From positions 55,242,001-55,306,000 of the forward strand of contig NW_027266286.1 of the NCBI RefSeq assembly GCF_022045235.1: 64,000 nt of DNA, read 5' to 3'. Numbering within the stretch: position 1 is the first letter of the stretch; each line of letters starts with the position of its first letter. Shown here piece after piece: positions 62,345 through 64,000 of the stretch. The notes beneath the pieces were generated by a model. It saw only the letters and a list, made by a program, of their open reading frames with translations. It had not been told where the DNA came from and searched no databases. The translations under genes and the position numbers were made by a program. This stretch comes from Haliotis cracherodii (taxonomy: Eukaryota).

Positions 62345-62672
62345 TAGGGATCCGGGGTTCGTTCCCCGCCCGCGTCATACCAGCAGACATTAAAAGACGA
62401 TACTTGCTGTTTCCCTGCCTTCCGCTCGGCATTAAGGTGCTGGAAGAAGGGCTGGTCGGCTCGGAGTCAGTATACTGTGTTTGAGTGGGGTATTCATGTT
62501 AAACTGCGGCATGGTATCTCAGTGTGCTAGCACTATAAAATCGGCATCAGTCCAGACTAGTACAAGCACACACACACACACACACACATGCATGCATGCA
62601 TGCATGTCGCTGTATAAGTGCAATAATCTTGAATACAGCGTTAAACCCCATTTCACCTCACCTCACCTCACC
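62345..62672 (+). mobile_element. SINE family 4 with (CA)n/(CATG)n insert and (CACCT)n tail
   Basis: B-box-like ggttcgttccc head. A related decayed copy lies at ~36920-37155. Confidence 0.65.
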
Positions 62673-62804
62673 CTAAACGTTTACGACTCGCGTCACGCTC
62701 TGTATACATGTACACATGATTTAAACACCTTCCTTATCAACACGTGGTTAACCCAGATTTATTGTTTTATGTTGCCCTATCTTTCATCTCTGAAAACACT
62801 GAAA

Positions 62805-63238
62805 TATATGTGACCCACCACTAGAAAGGGGGCCTTATGGGTGCTAGGATACAAGTGTGCTGTGACGTCATAAAGGAAGACATTTGACCTCAACTTAATT
62901 CCGTAAAAATGGCCATGCGTTCAGACTGTACAAATATCTTATTTTTCTCCCGTTCGTAATGAAATAGAAACATTATTTCAATACAAGTCAGCATTCATGT
63001 CGACGTTCAGTTAATCCGACATAATAATTAAAACTGCTATTATTACATAAAATGGGACTTTGCAAAAAATGAGTCCAAATGTTTGATGATATGTAATTCT
63101 GTAATAAGTATGAATTGAAGCTTGTGAATTTTACTTTTGTGTTCCCGAGCTCGAAGTACTGTAGTTTAAAATAGAATGAAAAGTCAAAAAGTTACTTTTC
63201 ACCCATGAGGCCCCTCATCTCATGGTTGGTCACATATA
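62805..63238. mobile_element. MITE with ~40-bp terminal inverted repeats
   Basis: atatatgtgacccaccac...ggggccttatgggtg pairs with cacccatgaggcccc...ggttggtcacatatat. Confidence 0.8.
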
Positions 63239-64000
63239 TTACAATGCATTAAATGCTCCGCTCATAACCTATAACTTGTATATGGTGGGCGGCTGACAAA
63301 ATACAATAATAACCTCCAAGTCACTGTGACCGACGTTTCAAAACGAACAATACTCTGGCCAGTTTAGCTACTGATAAACTTTGAACAGTCAGCGTTGAGA
63401 TAACCTAAAATTCGGTCAGTTGGAGTTGTGAAGATTAGGACAACCTGAATAACACATTTCATATTTTCAATGGACACATATTTTCGAAGTTCAAAACACA
63501 CTTTATAATGAAACACTGTAACAGTTTGTAAATTTAAATGTAAATTCTCGTCTGTTGTTAATATAATTGTGTATATGTACTATATGTTATATAATAGTGT
63601 GTAAGTATATTACAAAGAGCTAAATTCAGGTATCAAAGGGCGGTAACACTCTGGGCTGATTTCTTTTTCCTATAATATGGCTGCTGTATATCTGTCGTCG
63701 AACTAGGCTCACACTGTTGAGCACGGAGGTAAGCGTTGTTATAAACTTGGTTCTCTGTGTTTTGTCTAAAGGTAATGAAGATTTTGTGTGGTGATTTTTA
63801 CAAATATGACCAGAGACCATATCGGTCATATGGTCTCTGATAGCCGATATGGTCTCTGATAGGACCAAAAATAACTAACTCAAACACCCGCTAAGGGACT
63901 AAACACTACACCTGAGTGAAATGGACACGATCACATGTATGACATTGTGTATTACTACAAGCTAAATTACGATATCGAAGGGCTGACTTCTTTCCTACAA

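Overview
AT-rich, repeat-dense animal genomic DNA with spliceosomal introns. It is probably a mollusc (inferred from SINE families and gene content, not verified). Three host genes can be assembled from GT-AG exons. (1) A + strand NLR-like gene (3767-20603): five small 5' exons, all joined by phase-1 introns, then one 8.36-kb terminal exon encoding an nSTAND3-type P-loop NTPase and ankyrin repeats, including ~46 near-identical 99-bp units. (2) A 9-exon, 390-aa + strand gene (35759-40882) encoding a Cbl-TKB-like EF-hand plus an SH2 domain, with no RING or kinase domain. (3) A convergent - strand NLR-like gene (59063-45799), again nSTAND3 plus ankyrin. The best candidate for an undescribed system is that both NLR-like genes share a clearly homologous ~2-kb intron/exon cassette, even though their large NTPase-ankyrin exons barely align. 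The cassette encodes an N/G/Q/V/I-rich RHIM/amyloid-like peptide (G[I/M]NYGSVVQ[S/Y]G) followed by a 27-nt microexon just upstream of the NTPase. This resembles fungal and bacterial amyloid-signalling NLRs, here apparently built by phase-1 exon shuffling in an animal. The rest of the window is transposon-derived or repetitive: three Tc1 elements, a DIRS1 retrotransposon with a nested Tc1, CR1/L2-type and RNase H-bearing LINE relics, Penelope and Polinton-integrase fragments, a DINE/HINE-like element, MITEs, many tRNA-derived SINEs, and 49-, 89- and 171-bp tandem arrays. All gene models were read by eye and have no transcript support.
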